A stretch of DNA of 64,000 bases from an uncultured Chitinophaga sp. (GCA_964606155.1 CAZSGD010000022.1:9410-73409), one strand, 5' to 3'. Positions 18,786 through 29,448 are shown, numbered from the stretch's first letter. Notes: generated from the sequence alone by a model not told the origin. Numbers and translations are program-made.

Positions 18786-21700
18786 GTATTTCTTCGGAAG
18801 CAGTTCTTTGCGTTTCGGGATGAATGAATTTATCGATCTCGCTGATTTTCTTTTTTGTAGAAAGGAAGGAGTATATAGCGGGTATCACAAACAGGGTCAG
18901 CACCAGTGAAAACATGATACCGCCTACAATAACAACACCCAGTGGAATACGGCTGGTGGCCGAAGCACCTAAGGACAAGGCCAGCGGTAAGGCGCCAAGT
19001 GACATAGCCAGGCTCGTCATTAAAATCGGCCGGAGACGCTGGGTGGCCGAATAAATCGCAGCTTCTTTTTTCTTCATTCCTTTTCGCTGGTTTTGATTAG
19101 CAAATTCAACGATCAGGATCCCATTTTTTACTACAAGACCTATTAGCATAATGATACCGATCTGGGAGAATATATTCAGCGTTTGATTAAAAATGAGTAA
19201 GGTGAGCAAAGCACCGGCAATACCCAATATGATCGTGCACATGATGATCAACGGGTCAACAAAACTTTCAAACTGAGCCGCCAGGATTAGGAAGATGAGG
19301 CCGATGGCCAGTAAAAAGGCAAATAAGGTATTACTGCCGCTTTCCGCATAATCACGCGATGAACCGGATAATGAAGTAGCGAAAGTTTCATCCAGTAATT
19401 TGTCAGCGATACGGTTCATTTCATCCACACCGTCTCCGATGGTATAACCGGGTTGTAGCCCTGCCGATATCGTGGCGGATTTATATCGGTTGAAGTGATA
19501 GATCGTGGGGGGTGTGTTGGCTTCGTATGTAGCCACCAGGTTGTCCAGGCTGATGAGTTCATTCCTGTTATTCCGGACGAATAATGTCTTGAGGTCATTC
19601 GGATCATCCCGGTCATCCCTTGCCACCTGTCCCATTACCTGGTATTGTTTTCCATTCATCGTAAAATAACCGAGGCGCCGGTTACTGTATGCCAGCTGCA
19701 GGGTTTGCGAAATATCATTCACGCTTACACCTAATTGCGCAGCTTTCAGCCTGTCGATCTCCACCCTTAACTCCGGCTTGTTGAATTTTAAATCAGCATC
19801 AGCGTTCAAAAGTATTTTACTTTCCCTGGCCTCTTCGAGGAATTTGGGAAGTATGGCTGTCAATTTTTCGAAATTATTATTCTGCACCACAAAAGAAACG
19901 GGTTGACCACCCCTGCGGTTCACAGCTATCGTTTGTTCTTCAATAGCAAATGTTCTTCCTTCATTGAATTTGGGCAGGTTGCGGTTCACCATCGTCACGA
20001 TCTCCTTCTGCGACCTTTCCCTGTCAGTGGGCGGGATCAGCGTTACCCGCACAAAACCGGTGTTGGCATTACCTGAACCGGTAAAGCCCGGCGAGGTAAC
20101 AGACAGCACCACTTCTTTTTCCGGTACAGAGTCCATCATGAAATTGGAAACGCGGTCTACAAATTTATCCATGGCATCGAAGGAGGTCCCTTCGGGGGCA
20201 GTCATTTGCAGGCGAAACTGGCTCCTGTCTTCCATCGGTGCCAGCTCAGATTGCAGATTACTATAAATAACAACGATACCGCCAATACAAGCCAGTAATA
20301 TAACGAGGGCCATCCACCTCACCCGCATAAAGCGGCGCAAAGCGGCCTGGTAACTATTTTCCATCCAGCGGAAAAACGGTTCTGTTTTATTATAGAACCA
20401 GCCGTGCTTATGCACATCTCTCCGGGTAAGCTTTACGTTTAGTACCGGCGTGAGGGTGAGCGATACAAAGGCTGAAATCAGAACGGCACCTGCCACCACG
20501 ATACCAAATTCACGGAAAAGACGTCCTACAAATCCTTCCAGGAAGATGATGGGCAGGAACACCACGGCCAGTGTAATAGAAGTGGCAATAACGGCAAAAT
20601 AAATTTCTTTAGAACCTTCCACCGCGGCCTGCCACTTGTTCATGCCGCGTTCCATTTTCTTATAGATGTTTTCCGTGACTACAATACCATCATCCACCAC
20701 CAGGCCGGTGGCCAGTACAATAGCCAGCAAGGAAAGTACATTGATGGTAAATCCCATCAGGTACATGATAAAAAAAGCGCCGATCAGTGATACGGGGATA
20801 TCGATCAGCGGACGGATGGCAATGATCCAGTCGCGGAAAAATGCATAAATGATCATCACCACCAGCAGGAAGGCGATCATCAGCGTTTCTTCCACTTCTA
20901 AAATAGACTTCTTGATGAATTTTGTCTGGTCCAGTGCGATATTGATCTTTACATCCTCCGGTACATCTTTTTTGATTTGTTCCAGCCTTTTAAAGAACTC
21001 ATCGGAAATAGAAACATAATTGGAACCGGGCTGTGGTACAATGGCAAGGGCGATCATGGGGATACCGCTTTCTTTTAAAACGGTCTCTTCATTCTCAGGC
21101 CCCAGCACGGCTTCGCCCACATCTCTCAGGCGTATATCGGCGCCATTTAAATTTCTTACGATCAGGTTATTGAATTCTTCTTCTGTATTCAGTCTTCCAA
21201 ATGTTCTTACGGTTAATTCAGTGGCATCCCCGGAAATCTTACCCGAAGGCAATTCCACATTTTCTCTTTGTAAAGCATCCTGTACGTCACCTGCTGTAAT
21301 GTTGAAGGCCACGAGTTTGGCAGGGTTCAGCCATACCCGCATGGCATATCTTTTTTCTCCCCAGATCTGTATACCACTCACACCGGGAATGGTCTGTAAT
21401 CTTTCCACCAGTACATTATTGGCATATTCGCTCATCTGCAGCTGGTTCCGGGTATTGCTCTGCACGGTCATGGAAAGAATGGCATCAGAGCTGGCATCTG
21501 CTTTGGAAACGACCGGGGGTGCGTCCAGGTCGGAGGGGAGTGAGCGGGTGGCCTGAGATACCTTATCACGTACATCATTAGCCGCCGCTTCGAGGTCAAT
21601 GCTCAGGTCAAACTCCACATTGATATTACTGGACCCGTTGCTGCTGGAGGAAGTGATATTTTTTATACCGGCAATTCCATTGATCGCTTTTTCCAGCGGT

Positions 21701-21894
21701 TCGGTGATCTGTGTTTCAATGATATCGGCATTAGCGCCGGGATAAGAAGTACGCACACTGATATTCGGCGGATCGATGGCGGGGTAATCACGGATCCCCA
21801 GGAATTTAAAACCGATCAAACCAAACACCACAATGATGATGTTCATCACAATGGCGAGCACAGGTCTTCGTAAACTCAGTTCTGAAATATTCAT
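18778..21894 (-). CDS. RND efflux transporter permease (AcrB/HAE1 family)
   Basis: 1038 aa, 12-TM pattern with two large loops. N-terminus MNISELSLRRPVLAIVMNI. Confidence 0.95.
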   Translation of the reverse strand: MNISELSLRRPVLAIVMNIIIVVFGLIGFKFLGIRDYPAIDPPNISVRTSYPGANADIIETQITEPLEKAINGIAGIKNITSSSSNGSSNINVEFDLSIDLEAAANDVRDKVSQATRSLPSDLDAPPVVSKADASSDAILSMTVQSNTRNQLQMSEYANNVLVERLQTIPGVSGIQIWGEKRYAMRVWLNPAKLVAFNITAGDVQDALQRENVELPSGKISGDATELTVRTFGRLNTEEEFNNLIVRNLNGADIRLRDVGEAVLGPENEETVLKESGIPMIALAIVPQPGSNYVSISDEFFKRLEQIKKDVPEDVKINIALDQTKFIKKSILEVEETLMIAFLLVVMIIYAFFRDWIIAIRPLIDIPVSLIGAFFIMYLMGFTINVLSLLAIVLATGLVVDDGIVVTENIYKKMERGMNKWQAAVEGSKEIYFAVIATSITLAVVFLPIIFLEGFVGRLFREFGIVVAGAVLISAFVSLTLTPVLNVKLTRRDVHKHGWFYNKTEPFFRWMENSYQAALRRFMRVRWMALVILLACIGGIVVIYSNLQSELAPMEDRSQFRLQMTAPEGTSFDAMDKFVDRVSNFMMDSVPEKEVVLSVTSPGFTGSGNANTGFVRVTLIPPTDRERSQKEIVTMVNRNLPKFNEGRTFAIEEQTIAVNRRGGQPVSFVVQNNNFEKLTAILPKFLEEARESKILLNADADLKFNKPELRVEIDRLKAAQLGVSVNDISQTLQLAYSNRRLGYFTMNGKQYQVMGQVARDDRDDPNDLKTLFVRNNRNELISLDNLVATYEANTPPTIYHFNRYKSATISAGLQPGYTIGDGVDEMNRIADKLLDETFATSLSGSSRDYAESGSNTLFAFLLAIGLIFLILAAQFESFVDPLIIMCTIILGIAGALLTLLIFNQTLNIFSQIGIIMLIGLVVKNGILIVEFANQNQRKGMKKKEAAIYSATQRLRPILMTSLAMSLGALPLALSLGASATSRIPLGVVIVGGIMFSLVLTLFVIPAIYSFLSTKKKISEIDKFIHPETQRTASEEIHA

Positions 21895-21962
21895 CGCAAA
21901 CTTCTTTGTGAATGGTCAATGGTGAATAGTCAATAACTCATAACGGTGTTGAATAACCGCTT

Positions 21963-23030
21963 TTATTTTTGTTCCGGGTTGATGATCCTGGCAACCTGCA
22001 CCTTGCCTTCCGGCCGCAGGCTCAGCAACCCGGTTACCACCACCGTATCACCCGGTTTCAGGCCTTCGGTGATCTGCACCCGGGCCGAATCCCTGGTACC
22101 GGTTATTACATCGGTAAACACCGCCGTTCCGCTTTTATACAAAATGATCTTCTTACCCCTTGCCTGTGGCAATACAGCCTGTGTGGGTACCAATAAAGCA
22201 TCCGGGTCGGGGTCAAAACTCAGTTTCACTTTAGCAAATGCACCGGGAATCAGCCGCGGGTCTTTGCCGGTAACACTGGCCCTTACCACCAGGCTCCGGG
22301 TACTTTCCGTTACGTTCGATTCAGTGGCCATAACTTTTGCCTGCAGCTGTGCGCCGGAGCCTTCAAATCCAAAACTCACCACCTGGCCGATCCTGATCTG
22401 GTCAGTATATTTTTCCGGAACAGTGAAATCAAGTTTCAGCTGATCGGTCTGGTTGATCACTGCAATAATTGATGCAGGAGTAACATAAGAACCGGGGCTG
22501 ATATCCTTCAGTCCCAGTTTACCGCCGAAGGGCGCCCTTACCACTGTTTTAGCAATGCTGGTTTGAATGATACCGATATCAGCTTTAAGGCTGTTGACCT
22601 GTAATAAACTAAGATCATAATCCTGCTGGCTGATACCCTGAATTTTGAGTAATTGCGCCTGTCTTTGTTCTGTTTTTTCGGCAATGGCCAACTGCACTTC
22701 TAATTTATTCAGTTGTGCCCGCAGATCACCATCATATAATCTGGCCAGCACAGTGCCTTTTCCAACATATTTTCCTTCGGCTACATTTAATTGCACGATC
22801 CTGCCGGATACTTCGGGGTGGATTTCAGCGGTCTCTTTTGCCACAATGGTACCTGGCACTTCAATATTCTCCTGGAAGGGTTGTGGTTTTACGATATAAG
22901 CATCTACCCGCATAGGTGCGGCCTGCCGGGGAGCTCCGCCTGACGGGCCAGCAGCGTTCTTTTTCTCCTTGCTGCTGCAGGAGGATAGAAAGATAATGAT
23001 CAGGGGAATAAGTCTTGTTATGGATCTCAT
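21963..23030 (-). CDS. RND efflux periplasmic adaptor (membrane fusion protein)
   Basis: Lipobox FLSSC. Coiled-coil hairpin flanked by lipoyl and beta-barrel segments. Confidence 0.9.
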   Translation of the reverse strand: MRSITRLIPLIIIFLSSCSSKEKKNAAGPSGGAPRQAAPMRVDAYIVKPQPFQENIEVPGTIVAKETAEIHPEVSGRIVQLNVAEGKYVGKGTVLARLYDGDLRAQLNKLEVQLAIAEKTEQRQAQLLKIQGISQQDYDLSLLQVNSLKADIGIIQTSIAKTVVRAPFGGKLGLKDISPGSYVTPASIIAVINQTDQLKLDFTVPEKYTDQIRIGQVVSFGFEGSGAQLQAKVMATESNVTESTRSLVVRASVTGKDPRLIPGAFAKVKLSFDPDPDALLVPTQAVLPQARGKKIILYKSGTAVFTDVITGTRDSARVQITEGLKPGDTVVVTGLLSLRPEGKVQVARIINPEQK

Positions 23031-23232
23031 GTGCTGTGTTCTCTAAGCTGGTTTTAAGGCCAATAAAGTTAATGCTAAATTGAGTAGCGGGTCAGTTTGT
23101 AATTATTTTACAACAGGTAAATAAAATGGGCCCACTATCCTAAATTGCAAGCATTTGGACGTCAAAAGCATATCACTACCTGCACGAAAATTCAATGAAT
23201 TATAAGCGGTTGTATCAGGGGATAAGAGGACA

Positions 23233-24354
23233 TCAGCTTTTTGGCAACAAGGTTCTTTTCACTTTGTTCGATTGATGCAGCAATTCCTGCTTTTCTTTAC
23301 TTAAAACCGTTACATGGCCCATTTTGCGGCCAGGCTTTGTTTCTTTCTTACCATAAAGGTGTACAAAAGCATTCTCAATTTTCAGCACATCCTCCAGCCC
23401 TTCATATTTCACCGGGCCGCTATGTCCGTCTGTGCCGATGATATTGACCATGATCGAAGGAAGGATGGGGTCAGTATTGCCCAGCGGATAACCCAGCATC
23501 ACCCGCCAGAGCATATCAAATTGTGAGGAATAATGGGCTTCTATAGTATGGTGCCCGCTGTTGTGTACCCGGGGGGCCGTTTCATTGACCAGTACATCAC
23601 CATTTTTGTTGACAAACATTTCGACGGCAAAAATGCCGGGCGATTTAAAATTGCGGACCACCGCCAGTGCAATTGCTTCTACAATATATAAAGTTTGTGT
23701 GCTGAGTTCTGCCGGGCATAACTGGTAGTCCAGCAAATTGAGATCTGGATCAAATAACATTTCAACGGGAGGGTAGAGTGCTGTTTCGCCCTTATCACCC
23801 ACAGCCACCATCATGGCGATCTCTTTATGAATGGAAACCATTTTCTCGAGTACGGCGGGCGCATTGAATCCATTGGGGATATCTTCTTTTGTACGGATCC
23901 GTTGTACCCCACGCCCGTCATAGCCTCCTTCACCGATCTTATGAACAGCAGGTAAAAAACTTTCCTGCTGCTCCAGGTCTGTGATCGATTGTGTGATCAC
24001 AAACTGGGCTGTTGGTATCTGGTGTTGCTGGTAGTATTCTTTTTGCCTGATCTTATTCTTAATGGTCCGCAGCACAGAAGGATGTGGATACACTTTAATG
24101 CCTTCGGACTGCAGTTTTTCCAGGGCCTCCACGTTTACATTCTCAATTTCAATAGTGATGGCATCAAGTCCTTTTCCAAAATTGTAAACGGCGTGATAGT
24201 CTTTGATATCCCCTTTTGCAAAATGATGGCAGAGATGGGCAGCGGGGCAGCCGGGATCATTCTCCATTACAAATGTTTCTACCGGGTAATTCGCTGCTGC
24301 CTGTAAAAGCATGCGGCCCAGCTGGCCGCCTCCAAGGATACCTATTTTTGGCAT
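23233..24354 (-). CDS. purK: 5-(carboxyamino)imidazole ribonucleotide synthase PurK
   Basis: MPKIGILGGGQLGRML and ATP-grasp features. Confidence 0.9.
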   Translation of the reverse strand: MPKIGILGGGQLGRMLLQAAANYPVETFVMENDPGCPAAHLCHHFAKGDIKDYHAVYNFGKGLDAITIEIENVNVEALEKLQSEGIKVYPHPSVLRTIKNKIRQKEYYQQHQIPTAQFVITQSITDLEQQESFLPAVHKIGEGGYDGRGVQRIRTKEDIPNGFNAPAVLEKMVSIHKEIAMMVAVGDKGETALYPPVEMLFDPDLNLLDYQLCPAELSTQTLYIVEAIALAVVRNFKSPGIFAVEMFVNKNGDVLVNETAPRVHNSGHHTIEAHYSSQFDMLWRVMLGYPLGNTDPILPSIMVNIIGTDGHSGPVKYEGLEDVLKIENAFVHLYGKKETKPGRKMGHVTVLSKEKQELLHQSNKVKRTLLPKS

Positions 24355-24358
24355 GCGG

Positions 24359-24366
24359 CAAAGATA
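24359..24366 (-). promoter_or_regulatory. candidate -7 box TATCTTTG, 4 nt upstream of the purK ATG
   Basis: Exact TAnnTTTG match on the minus strand. Confidence 0.4.
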
Positions 24367-24601
24367 AGGACAGCCGCCGCCGCAGCATCTGCCGGTTCGC
24401 TATTATATTTTATATTTGTATCGTGATCCCCGATTATCCCCATAAGGTTTTCCCCGATGAGCGCAGTGATTTTACCCTGCTGATGGAAGCACTGGCAATG
24501 GACAGTCATTAATTCCGGAAAATGTTATTCCGTGAATAACGCAATAGCATGCATTGACCTTCAATTTTCTTGTGGTATAAGTCCCCAAAATTTTAACGAT
24601 C

Positions 24602-25732
24602 ATGAAAACAACAACACTTACAGATAATCAAACAACGGTCACCGATTTTCTTCCATTGCAGGGAACCGATTACGTGGAATTCTATGTGGGTAATGCCAAG
24701 CAGGCGGCCCATTATTATATGAGCGCCTTCGGGTTCCAGGCACTGGCCTACGCAGGCCCGGAAACAGGGGTGAAAGACAGGGCCAGCTATGTGGTCCGCC
24801 AGCATAAACTCACGTTTGTACTGACCACACCTATCCGCCCCGGAAACCCCATAGCAGACCACATTTATAAACATGGTGATGGCGTAAAATTCCTTTCTCT
24901 TCGGGTAGACGATGCCGTTAGTGCCTGGCAGGAAACAACGAAACGGGGGGCCAGGAGTTATATGGAACCTCAACATTTAAAAGATGAGTTTGGAGAACTG
25001 GTGATGAGCGGTATCCATACCTATGGCGACACCGTGCATCTTTTTATCGGGCGAAAAAATTATAACGGGCCTTTTATGCCCGGTTACAGGGCCTGGAGCA
25101 ATCCGCATTATCAACCCGCAGATACCGGTTTGCAATATGTGGACCATTGCGTGGGCAATGTGGGCTGGAACCAGATGAACCCCTGGGTAAAATTTTATGA
25201 GGATGTGATGGGATTCCGGAATATCCTTTCTTTTGATGACAAGGATATCTCCACTGAGTATTCGGCCCTGATGAGTAAGGTAATGAGCAGCGGCAACGGG
25301 TATGTGAAATTCCCCATCAATGAGCCCGCAGAAGGGAAGAAAAAATCGCAGGTAGAGGAATACCTCGAGTTTTACAATGGAGAAGGGGTGCAGCATGTGG
25401 CGCTGGCCACCCTGGATATTGTGAAAACAGTACGGGAATTACAAAGCCGCGGGGTGGAGTTTTTAAGGGTGCCCACCAGTTATTACGACGATCTGCTCGA
25501 CAGGGTGGGGCATATCGATGAGGACCTGGACCCGTTGCGGGAACTGGGCATTCTTGTGGACCGCGACGACGAGGGCTATCTTTTGCAGTTATTTACCAAG
25601 CCGGTAGAAGACAGGCCCACCCTTTTCTTCGAGATCATCCAGCGCAAAGGGGCCAAAAGTTTTGGCAAGGGTAATTTTAAAGCCTTATTTGAAGCTATTG
25701 AGCGGGAGCAGGGGGAAAGAGGGAATTTATAA
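24602..25732 (+). CDS. hppD: 4-hydroxyphenylpyruvate dioxygenase
   Basis: EFYVGNAKQAAHYY, GVQHVAL and FFEIIQRKG...GFGKGNFKALFEAIEREQ. Confidence 0.92.
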   Translation: MKTTTLTDNQTTVTDFLPLQGTDYVEFYVGNAKQAAHYYMSAFGFQALAYAGPETGVKDRASYVVRQHKLTFVLTTPIRPGNPIADHIYKHGDGVKFLSLRVDDAVSAWQETTKRGARSYMEPQHLKDEFGELVMSGIHTYGDTVHLFIGRKNYNGPFMPGYRAWSNPHYQPADTGLQYVDHCVGNVGWNQMNPWVKFYEDVMGFRNILSFDDKDISTEYSALMSKVMSSGNGYVKFPINEPAEGKKKSQVEEYLEFYNGEGVQHVALATLDIVKTVRELQSRGVEFLRVPTSYYDDLLDRVGHIDEDLDPLRELGILVDRDDEGYLLQLFTKPVEDRPTLFFEIIQRKGAKSFGKGNFKALFEAIEREQGERGNL

Positions 25733-25954
25733 AGGCCGGTAAGATAAATTGGTCAAGGGGGTAAATGACCCAATGGGAACTTGTAATAGCAGATTACCCT
25801 TACAGGGTAAAGTGGTTTTACCCATTCTTTCGGGATTGTTGATAATGACTTACCTGACTTTTTGACTCGTGTGACCCGAAGTATTATCTTTACAAATAGT
25901 TAGCGTTAAAGGCAAAATAATCGTCAAAGCAAGGCGTTTTTCTAAGAGAGCGTG

Positions 25955-27160
25955 ATGAAAAACCATTCTATATTATTCTTTCTGATTTTCGTGTCTGTTA
26001 TCTCACAGGCGCAACCGCAACCGTCCCCCCAAAGAAACGGCGGCAGCAATTCCTACTCCTTTATCGATTATCAAAAATCACTTCCACGTCCCGGTGAAGC
26101 ACTGGAACGCAAAGAAGATACATTGCAGAAACAATTTGAAGAGAAGAAACTGAAATGGCCGGCCAAATACATCTATATCCGTTCTTTCAAATATGACAGC
26201 CAGTTAGAAGTTTGGGTAAAGAACGAAATCAAAGATCCATTCAAACTTTTCAAGACTTACAAAGTGTGTGCGCTGGCTGGTTCACTGGGCCCTAAAAGAA
26301 TGCAGGGCGATTACCAGGTGCCGGAAGGATTTTATTATATCAATGAGTTCAATCCGTACAGTAATTATTACCTGTCATTAGGCATTAATTATCCCAATGT
26401 TTCCGACAAGATACTCAGCGACTCGCTGAGGCCTGGCAGTGAAATTTATATTCACGGTAGCTGTGTAACGGTGGGGTGTATACCTCTTACCGATCAGCAG
26501 ATCGACGAACTGTATATCCTGGCCGCTCATGCCAAGGACCAGGGCCAGGATTTTATACCGGTACATATATTCCCGATACGGTTCAACAAAGAAAAAAGTG
26601 TAAAGTACCTCGACAATCTGACGAAAGATGATGCTGAATTGAAAAATTTTGCCAACCGGCTGAAGGAAGCGTATAATTATTTTGAGAAAAATAAGCAGTT
26701 ACCGGTGGTCATGATCAGTAATACCGGGGAATACCTGATCAACGGAACAGGGTTGCCCAGGCAAAAAACGATCATCGATGACGAAAATGGGGTGAAAAGG
26801 CCGCCCAAAGACCATCATACAAGGAATATTACCGAACTGGCCGGTGCTGTATTACAGTGGCCACAGTATCCCGGTGGTGGTGATGCCTTCATGAAGTTTC
26901 TGGACAAAGTAGGGAAGGAGATGACAGAATATCTTCCGGAAGGCGTTCATAAAGCATTTGTACAAGTAGAGTTTATTGTAGATAAAGATGGCGCTCCTGT
27001 TAACTTCAAAGTATTAAAAGGCACCCGGGACGATGACCTGGTTGATGAATTAATAACCCGGCTTGAAAAAATGAGTCATTGGCAACCCGCCCTGCTCAGC
27101 GACAATAAACCTGTGGCCAAAAAAATGGTGCAAACCATTACTATTTCAGCCACGGATTGA
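25955..27160 (+). CDS. L,D-transpeptidase (YkuD/YafK-like) fused to a TonB-C-terminal-like domain
   Basis: IHGSCVTVGCIPL catalytic motif. C-terminal PQYPGGGDAFMKFL...VEFIVDKDGAPVNFKVL...WQPA is typical of the TonB_C fold. Confidence 0.7.
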   Translation: MKNHSILFFLIFVSVISQAQPQPSPQRNGGSNSYSFIDYQKSLPRPGEALERKEDTLQKQFEEKKLKWPAKYIYIRSFKYDSQLEVWVKNEIKDPFKLFKTYKVCALAGSLGPKRMQGDYQVPEGFYYINEFNPYSNYYLSLGINYPNVSDKILSDSLRPGSEIYIHGSCVTVGCIPLTDQQIDELYILAAHAKDQGQDFIPVHIFPIRFNKEKSVKYLDNLTKDDAELKNFANRLKEAYNYFEKNKQLPVVMISNTGEYLINGTGLPRQKTIIDDENGVKRPPKDHHTRNITELAGAVLQWPQYPGGGDAFMKFLDKVGKEMTEYLPEGVHKAFVQVEFIVDKDGAPVNFKVLKGTRDDDLVDELITRLEKMSHWQPALLSDNKPVAKKMVQTITISATD

Positions 27161-27164
27161 CAGG

Positions 27165-28427
27165 CTACTGTAAAAGCAACTGAATTGTTTCCGGTGTTTG
27201 CTGCCGCAGTAATATTTTTTTTCCTTCCGTTAATTTTTCAAACACTTCTTTGGTATAATGTCTTACAGTAAGTAATGACAAACCTTTTGTTACCTGCACA
27301 TCCACAAAAGAAGAAGCTTCCAATGCCAGCTTTTCTATTTTCTCCGCCCAGTCATCCAGTACGCACACAAAACTGATAGCGCCATTTTGGGTGAGGTTAG
27401 GTTTGATATGAAGGCTTTCAAAAAGATGGTATAAATGGCCCACATGCTGTTCGCCGATAAAAGAAAAATCTTTGGAACTCATTTCTATCATCACCTGGTT
27501 TTCTTTGAGTACAATGATGGGGGGAAGGTGATGAACAGGATGATGGTGAATAACTGTTCCGGGCAGGGAAGGGTCCAGGAAACATTTTACATACAGGGGA
27601 ATGTCTTTATTCTGCAGGGGTTTGATGGTTTTGGGGTGAATAACCTGGGCGCCATAGTAAGCCATTTCGATGATCTCGTTGTAGTTCAGTTCGGGAATAG
27701 CAATGGCGTCGGGAAATTGCTTGGGATCTGCATTCATTACCGATTCCACATCCTTCCAGATGGTCTGGCTTTCGGCATCGGTCATGCTGGCAAAAACAGC
27801 TGCTGTATAATCGCTTCCTTCCCGGCCCAGGGTGGTGCTTTCATTTTCATCCGTGGCGCCAATGAAGCCTTGCGTGAGTATAATATTAATATGATCGAAA
27901 ATGGGTATAACGGTATGGGTCACCTTGTTTTGGGTATAGGTCCAGTCGATATTGGCGCTTCGGAAATCATCATCTGTGCGGAATACGTCCCGTACATCGA
28001 TCCATTGATTGGGAATACCTGTTTCGTTGAGGTAGGCGCTCACAATAGCCGTGGAGAATAACTCGCCTGCGCAAACCACCTGGTCATAATAATAATCGTA
28101 TTCCCGCACTGGTTTGTCGTGCAGCAGCCATTCCACTTCTGTAAAAAAATTTTTTAATTGTTCTTCACAGGGCAGGTAATTTGTTACCAGCAGGTATTTG
28201 GCCGTGGTAAGATGCTGTTGTTTTACCTGTTCAAATAACTGCAGCGCTTCCTCCTTTTTACCAGCCACAAAAGCCTGCGTTACTTTTTCCAGTGCATTGG
28301 TGGTTTTGCCCATGGCGGAGATGATAATAACCAGTTTCTCATGCGGGTATTGCCGGAGTATCTGTGCCACATTCTTTATCCTGTCCACGCTGTTGACGGA
28401 TGCCCCGCCGAATTTGAAAACCTTCAT
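27165..28427 (-). CDS. aspartate kinase
   Basis: MKVFKFGGASV start at internal ATG 28427. ACT-like C-terminus. Confidence 0.88.
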   Translation of the reverse strand: MKVFKFGGASVNSVDRIKNVAQILRQYPHEKLVIIISAMGKTTNALEKVTQAFVAGKKEEALQLFEQVKQQHLTTAKYLLVTNYLPCEEQLKNFFTEVEWLLHDKPVREYDYYYDQVVCAGELFSTAIVSAYLNETGIPNQWIDVRDVFRTDDDFRSANIDWTYTQNKVTHTVIPIFDHINIILTQGFIGATDENESTTLGREGSDYTAAVFASMTDAESQTIWKDVESVMNADPKQFPDAIAIPELNYNEIIEMAYYGAQVIHPKTIKPLQNKDIPLYVKCFLDPSLPGTVIHHHPVHHLPPIIVLKENQVMIEMSSKDFSFIGEQHVGHLYHLFESLHIKPNLTQNGAISFVCVLDDWAEKIEKLALEASSFVDVQVTKGLSLLTVRHYTKEVFEKLTEGKKILLRQQTPETIQLLLQ

Positions 28428-28704
28428 AGTGCTGTTTGATATTCCAATAATCGGATGCAAATGTCGGAAATTTGTACCACACTGATAGTCAGCCTGTTTA
28501 TTTCAGTTTTCATATACTCCTATCTGTGATATTAAATTCAATCATCATCTTAAGGATGTGAATAAATTGATGGACGATATGTTTTTCAATTTGTCCACTT
28601 ATTTTATCTTTATCTCTCCATCCACCCATCCTGCTGCAAGCCCCTCGCGATCCATCTCCTGGTAAGACCCTAATCAATTCATCACTTTTTTAAAAAAACT
28701 TATC

Positions 28705-29316
28705 ATGAGAAAAATTGTATTGCTTACGATTGTTTCTGTTATTGCTTTAACGGTATTTTACAGCTGCGAAAAGACTGCAAAAAACGAAGCAGCTGAAGCT
28801 TCGGCAAAAATGGAAGATGGTGCTACTGCCAAACCTCCGGTGGGTACTAATAATTGTTACGATTTTCAGATCACCATGACCCGCACTTATGCTGATGGTC
28901 AGACCACCTTTATCTGGAAGATCGTGAACCCCAAACCCGGTAATGGAAAAAATGGGACACAGCAGGATCTTAGCCATTGGGCTTTTAAACCTCAGTGTGT
29001 GGGTGGTGAAGACCTGAACTATCATCCCCAGGATATCCTGGCAGCATATTATTCTTATAACAATGATTACAGCTGGAATCAGATAATCCCCACCCCTAAA
29101 ATGAAAGCTGATCCCAGCTCTTCCTGTATGAGTCCCGAAGAGCATGTTTTTAAATTTGATTTTGGTACCAGCGGAAGCAAGCCTACTTATTACAAACTTG
29201 TTTTGGCGGGCAACTGGGCTGCCGCAGGAGACGGAGGTAATGGTGGGTTTGTAAAAGCCGGATTAGCCTGCTGCCGTCTTTCGGGTATTCCCGGCGTAGG
29301 CTGTAAACAGGATTAA
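28705..29316 (+). CDS. hypothetical lipoprotein
   Basis: Lipobox VFYSC. Cys-rich C-terminus GLACCRLSGIPGVGC. Confidence 0.6.
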   Translation: MRKIVLLTIVSVIALTVFYSCEKTAKNEAAEASAKMEDGATAKPPVGTNNCYDFQITMTRTYADGQTTFIWKIVNPKPGNGKNGTQQDLSHWAFKPQCVGGEDLNYHPQDILAAYYSYNNDYSWNQIIPTPKMKADPSSSCMSPEEHVFKFDFGTSGSKPTYYKLVLAGNWAAAGDGGNGGFVKAGLACCRLSGIPGVGCKQD

Positions 29317-29341
29317 TAATACTGCAACACCCGATATTTTT

Positions 29342-29374
29342 GTGCCTGGTCATCAGACCGGGCACTTTTGTTTT
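29342..29374 (+). terminator. rho-independent terminator
   Basis: gtgcctggtc / atca / gaccgggcac gives a 10-bp stem with one G-U pair, followed by ttttgtttt. Confidence 0.75.
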
Positions 29375-29448
29375 CTCAATATGTAATGACGACATAAACG
29401 AAGCCAATCATCACCCTATTCGGTAGTGTTAACTCACGCCCAAAGCCT

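Noticed and set aside
21020-21556. Long antisense ORFs nested in well-supported genes. Examples are 16618-17229, 21020-21556, 21946-22443, 24977-25396, 27435-28061, 29498-30097, 39987-40454, 49539-50111, 57884-58432 and 60632-61054.
   Set aside because: Each lies entirely opposite a gene with clear family motifs. Their translations are low-complexity with no recognisable motifs. Such shadow ORFs are expected at this base composition.
24411-24418. TATATTTG box 183 nt upstream of hppD as a promoter with a long regulatory leader.
   Set aside because: It is a single motif hit in an AT-rich divergent spacer. I could see no supporting structure or conserved element in the putative leader, so it is too weak to list as a feature.
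28428-28704. Lysine riboswitch upstream of the aspartate kinase gene.
   Set aside because: Reading the minus strand, I could not recognise the conserved lysine-riboswitch core or a convincing multi-stem junction. An Rfam scan would be needed to be certain.
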